Below are positions 8,324 to 12,487 of a stretch of 12,487 bases of DNA, in pieces. Positions within the stretch are counted from its first letter, which is position 1. Every line of letters begins with the position of its first letter. The notes beneath the pieces were generated by a model. That model was not told the DNA's origin. It searched no databases and saw only the letters and a list, made by a program, of their open reading frames with translations. The stretch covers positions 1 through 12,487 of the forward strand of contig JAYZAY010000015.1 of the NCBI GenBank assembly GCA_036339465.1, in the 5' to 3' direction. The translations under genes were made by a program, and so were the position numbers. This DNA is from Myxococcota bacterium (GTDB lineage Bacteria > Myxococcota > XYA12-FULL-58-9 > JABJBS01).

Positions 8324-10051
8324 ATGACCAAGACCCTTTCAACTCTAAAACCCAACCCCAATCAAGTCACGGCAACGACGGGTATGGAAGAGTCACAAAA
8401 CCCAACCCTTGCCACAAAGCCCCCAGGATCTGTCGCCATACCAATGTTTTTAGGAGACCACCTATCCCTCGAATCTCAGTCAACCGTCAACGCCACAGCA
8501 AAGCCTCTACCCCAAAGTCACCCGGTCCACTTAAAAAAAGTTAAACCATCTCTAGAGCATCAACAATCCAAACCATTCCCCCGACTAAAATCAACAATTT
8601 ATACCCTCAAGCAGCTTGCTTGCCAAAATGCCGCTCGAAAAGAAATCACCAGCGAACTCCTGAGACAAGCTAACCAGTGTAGCCTTCACTTAAACTCGAT
8701 AATTCCGCCGGAAAGAGTTTATGAGGCACAATCCAAATTCATCGAAAATAGAGTAGGTGTACTCTATCCTCACCCACGGGATCTTCAGGCCTGGAACAAC
8801 CTCAAAGAAGACGCACCCATTCATACGTTTCTCCCTGGATATGCTACCGGTGACCGCTATACGGCCGTTTTGAGTATGCTCAAAGAACCCAGAATGCGAA
8901 TCATTATTGCCTATGAAAACCACAATCCCTCCCAAAGAAGAAAAACAATTGAAGTCTACGACTGGCTCGAAAAAACGCTCGCAAGCAATGGCATCGAATC
9001 ACTCCAAAACCGTATCTCACTTGTAAAATACAATGGTGACCTAAAAAACGCCCGTAAAGAACTCAACACTCACCAGGCCCGAATTCATTTCAGCCACGTT
9101 CGGGGGTTCGAATCTCCTTTATCTAGATCAATGCCAGAAAATGAGAACACCCACGTTTTTCATATCTCCATATCAACAGTCATCATGGCTCAAGCATGGG
9201 GCGATAACTACTCAAAGGGCGATACCCTCCAACAAAATAGTCAAAAAATTCGAAACTACATCACCAACATGATCCCGCAAGACACTCAAGAATATATTGA
9301 CGCCATCGTTAAACACTATCTACGTGAAACCCGTATTGAACCGGGATCCGTTGCCCTTTGGGTGGCCAATCGTCCAAATCCAAATGCCAGGGAAGCAGAG
9401 GGCATCTTTAATCCTGCGATGTTCGAGCAAATTCGAGAAAAACTTGCACAAGAGGGGGTCAGGGTCTTCTCCCTCGCCGATGGTTTCACAAACCATGTCA
9501 AAAACAGGACGGAAAACCGACATCCATACCAACCCCATAACCGACAAAAAATTGGCAAATTTTGGGAACACCACCCACTTCTAAGGACAAGAGAAAATCA
9601 ATGGTATTTTCTCGACCGTCTACTCACCACCTTGAAATGTCCTGCCCTTATAGGCATACGAAGTGGCGCTTTAGAACCCACTAGCTTAATGGGACACAAT
9701 GTCATTTATCTCGAACACGATGATATGTTCACCCCGGAAAGACATGGCGCCTGGCAGGGGCGCATACCATACAACCGCCTCGTCACCCAAGCACGAACCG
9801 GCTATTTCAATGCCGAACATGAAATTCTCCGGGACCAAAAGATAAAAGCGCTCCTGAGCGAAAACCTAAAACGAAAACAGCAATTAGGCCCCCAACCCGA
9901 AGCCTGTCTATCAAAGTCAGACCTACAACAACAAAGCGACATTAGTCGAATCACCAACGTCATCAAATCTGGCGTGCTTCTTCCCGCCGAACTCGAGTTG
10001 TTGATAACCATGGTCAAAAAACCTCAACCAGCATTCAAAATAAAACCATAA
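8324..10051 (+). CDS. Hypothetical protein, 575 aa; low-complexity N-terminus and a possible GT-B-fold (glycosyltransferase-like) core
   Basis: Long uninterrupted ORF ending in TAA. The first ~90 aa are S/T/P/Q/K-rich. The core contains TFLPGYATGDRY and ALIGIRSGALEPTSLMGHNVIYLE. The start is uncertain because there is no strong RBS. The CDS call is confident; the function is inference. Confidence 0.85.
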   Translation: MTKTLSTLKPNPNQVTATTGMEESQNPTLATKPPGSVAIPMFLGDHLSLESQSTVNATAKPLPQSHPVHLKKVKPSLEHQQSKPFPRLKSTIYTLKQLACQNAARKEITSELLRQANQCSLHLNSIIPPERVYEAQSKFIENRVGVLYPHPRDLQAWNNLKEDAPIHTFLPGYATGDRYTAVLSMLKEPRMRIIIAYENHNPSQRRKTIEVYDWLEKTLASNGIESLQNRISLVKYNGDLKNARKELNTHQARIHFSHVRGFESPLSRSMPENENTHVFHISISTVIMAQAWGDNYSKGDTLQQNSQKIRNYITNMIPQDTQEYIDAIVKHYLRETRIEPGSVALWVANRPNPNAREAEGIFNPAMFEQIREKLAQEGVRVFSLADGFTNHVKNRTENRHPYQPHNRQKIGKFWEHHPLLRTRENQWYFLDRLLTTLKCPALIGIRSGALEPTSLMGHNVIYLEHDDMFTPERHGAWQGRIPYNRLVTQARTGYFNAEHEILRDQKIKALLSENLKRKQQLGPQPEACLSKSDLQQQSDISRITNVIKSGVLLPAELELLITMVKKPQPAFKIKP

Positions 10052-10513
10052 TCCCCAACGCACAATATTCACCTACGCACCAATTCAACCCAATGCTTGG
10101 CCTACAAACACCACTCGGCCCCCCTATCGCCATAGGTACCCAGCGATACCAGACAGGAACTCAGCCTTGCTGTGCCAGTGGCTTGGTAGAAGATTGGCAT
10201 TCCAAACCAGTGATGCCTGCGTCAACAGCGGTACCAGCGGCGCCTACTTTCATGATATCAACGACATGGCCGAAAACGGCACGTGGACTCCCCTCAGCCA
10301 AGCCACGGTCTTGGCCAACTATCTCCCAGGTAACCATGAAAGCCCTACCAAAAATTGTTCTCGCGCTACAAAAGCGGGTTCTATCCGTAGCCATTTCAAC
10401 AGGTGGCGCCGTATTGTTGCATTCTCAGCCCAAAGAGCCGTGAGACCAGCACCACAGGCCCGAATCTCCGCCTGATTTAGCCAAATGAAGTTTTCCGTGT
10501 TAAGACCTGACCC

Positions 10514-12478
10514 ATGCTCCATGAAAATGCTTTAAGCCCAAGGCAACCCTTGGCCAAAACCCCCTCCCCCCTCGATGCGTGCGGCCAGATCCTACTCAAA
10601 TTCTTCGGCTACGCGAGCTTCCGACCCGGCCAAGTAGAGGCCGTGAGCGCCGCCCTAGGCCGCGACAAAGACGTTGTGGTGGTGCTCCCCACTGGTGGGG
10701 GGAAATCCCTCTGCTTCCAGATCCCAGGCCTCTACCTAAGAGAGAAGGGGCTAGGCCCCACGGTGGTCATCTCCCCCCTCATCGCGCTCATGCAAGACCA
10801 GGTGGAAGCCCTCAAGGCCCGGGGCATCGCTGCCGAAGCGGTCCATAGCCAACAAGACACAAGCGTCAACCGAGACATCCTCCGAGACTTTAGCCTCGGT
10901 GGCCTGGACTTTCTCTACGTCTCCCCTGAACGGGCCGTCCTCGATGGTTTCATGCGCCAATGCCAAACCGCCCAACCAGCCCTCTTCGTCATCGACGAAG
11001 CCCACTGTGTCAGCCAGTGGGGACACGACTTTCGCCCCGAATTCCGCAAGCTAGATACCCTACGAAGCGCCCTAAACATCCCAGCCATGGCACTTACCGC
11101 CACGGCGACCCCACAAATCATTCACGACATGCAAAAGCACCTCGCCCTCCAGAACATGGAACTCATCTGTGGTAGCTTTGCCCGTCCCAATTTGCATTTC
11201 TCGGTCTTCCCCATCGCCACAGAACAGGCCCGTCTCAACCAGCTCATAAATTCCCTTGAAGAATTCAATATGCGTCGCAAAAAGAGCCGCACCAAACATC
11301 ACCAAGGGGCTGAAGTTCAACCCGGCCGAGCCATGGTATACTGTGCCACCCGAAAAAAAGTGGAAAAAGTCGCCAAAACGCTCAAGGACCGAGGTTTCGC
11401 CGTCGTCTATTATCATGCCGGACGCACAGATCTCGCCCGAAGCCGAGCCCACAAAGCCTACGACACAGGCAAAGCCAATATTCTCGTGGCCACCAACGCC
11501 TTCGGCATGGGAATCGACTATCCCGACGTACGCCTCCTCATCCATTTTCAAACCCCCGGTTCCCTCGAAGCCTATTACCAAGAAGCGGGTCGCGCCGGAC
11601 GTGACCAAGCCCCTGCCACCTGCCATCTCTACTTCGGCACCGCCGATCTCGTGACCCAGCGCCTTATCCAAAGCGGGAGCAAAAAAGGCAACAAAGGCCA
11701 AAACTCGGCCCTCCAAGCCATGGAAGATTATGCCCGGGGGCAACAATGTCGTCAGCTGGTTTTATGTGCCCATTTTGACCCGCAAAGCGAAGAGCCGCCC
11801 TGCGACCGATGCGATATTTGTGGAGGTGAGGATATCGTGGCTCAACATTGGGAAGCCTACGAAGAAACCCGCCCTCAAAAAAGGGTCAGGCCCGGAGAAA
11901 ATGATGGGCCTTTGGATGAAGAGGCCCTCACCCTCATCGTGGAGGCCGTGGGCGAGCTCAATAAGCCTGCAGGTAAAACCGCCATCGCCAAAGCCCTTCG
12001 CGGTAGCCGAAGCAAAGCCATGAACCGGGCCGGTTTAAAGGACCTCACCCAACACGGCCAGCTTAAATCCCATAGCGAACGTTCTATTGTAGAAGCCATC
12101 GAAGCATTGCTCACAGAAGGACGATTGGTACATAAGGGACAGAAATATCCCACTGTGTGGGTCCCCAATAAGGCGGTGAGAGCACCTCGACCCACCGGTG
12201 ACCCCGGTGAACCTCCCAAAAAGAGAAACACGCGCCCACGCACTACCCCCTTGGTTCAAGCCCTAGAAAACTATCGCCGCAAAAAGTCACGGGAGCTCAA
12301 CTGGAAGCCCTACATGGTCTTCCAGCGCAAGGCTATCCTCGCCCTCGACCGGGACTGCCCCGAAGAATACTGGCAACTGGAAGAAATCGAAGGTTTGGGC
12401 CCCGCTAAAATCGAGCGGTTCGGCGAAGATATTCTCAACATGGTAAGGCGCTACGCCAGCGACCGTCATACGAACTAA
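10514..12478 (+). CDS. recQ: ATP-dependent DNA helicase RecQ (helicase core, Zn-binding RQC, winged helix, HRDC), 654 aa
   Basis: Motif 0 FGYASFRPGQ, I PTGGGKS, Ia ISPLIALMQDQV, II DEAH plus CVSQWGHDFRP, III TATA, IV VYCATRK, V TNAFGMGID and VI QEAGRAGRD are all present. Zn ligands CR...CDRCDIC. HRDC YRRKKSRELNWKPYMVF...IEGLGPAKIERFGEDIL. Confidence 0.97.
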   Translation: MLHENALSPRQPLAKTPSPLDACGQILLKFFGYASFRPGQVEAVSAALGRDKDVVVVLPTGGGKSLCFQIPGLYLREKGLGPTVVISPLIALMQDQVEALKARGIAAEAVHSQQDTSVNRDILRDFSLGGLDFLYVSPERAVLDGFMRQCQTAQPALFVIDEAHCVSQWGHDFRPEFRKLDTLRSALNIPAMALTATATPQIIHDMQKHLALQNMELICGSFARPNLHFSVFPIATEQARLNQLINSLEEFNMRRKKSRTKHHQGAEVQPGRAMVYCATRKKVEKVAKTLKDRGFAVVYYHAGRTDLARSRAHKAYDTGKANILVATNAFGMGIDYPDVRLLIHFQTPGSLEAYYQEAGRAGRDQAPATCHLYFGTADLVTQRLIQSGSKKGNKGQNSALQAMEDYARGQQCRQLVLCAHFDPQSEEPPCDRCDICGGEDIVAQHWEAYEETRPQKRVRPGENDGPLDEEALTLIVEAVGELNKPAGKTAIAKALRGSRSKAMNRAGLKDLTQHGQLKSHSERSIVEAIEALLTEGRLVHKGQKYPTVWVPNKAVRAPRPTGDPGEPPKKRNTRPRTTPLVQALENYRRKKSRELNWKPYMVFQRKAILALDRDCPEEYWQLEEIEGLGPAKIERFGEDILNMVRRYASDRHTN

Positions 12479-12487
12479 ATCAGCCCT

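Noticed and set aside
10579..12469. Alternative-frame and antisense ORFs within recQ, including the 224-aa ORF at 11072-11746 on the minus strand
   Set aside because: These are shadow ORFs expected from the biased codon usage of a well-supported gene.
8324..12478. The orphan gene plus RecQ as a two-gene anti-phage defence system
   Set aside because: They are 462 bp apart and differ in composition. The RecQ has the housekeeping RQC+HRDC layout with no fused defence domain. Only conserved co-occurrence across genomes would revive this idea.

Overview
Bacterial chromosomal window with six apparently intact CDSs: a small hypothetical protein (199-639), a pentapeptide-repeat protein with a C-terminal channel-like membrane domain (3420-4640), a secreted protein with a C-terminal TPR region (minus strand, 4694-5797), an alpha/beta hydrolase (minus strand, 6535-7356), a 575-aa orphan with GT-B glycosyltransferase-like motifs (8324-10051) and a full-length RecQ helicase (10514-12478). 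Intact CDSs cover only about 58% of the window. A disrupted, roughly 434-aa lipoprotein-like gene (1540-2844; two compensating frameshifts plus an in-frame TAG) and other probable gene remnants fill some of the gaps. There are two short tandem repeats (17 bp x2.5 and 10 bp x5), a perfect 10-bp inverted repeat and a C11 tract. I see no rRNA, tRNA, CRISPR array, integrase or transposase. I cannot support a coherent new multi-gene system here. The best leads are single genes: the effector-like GT-B orphan and the channel-like domain that has lost its K+ filter signature. All family assignments come from motif recognition by eye, not from database searches.
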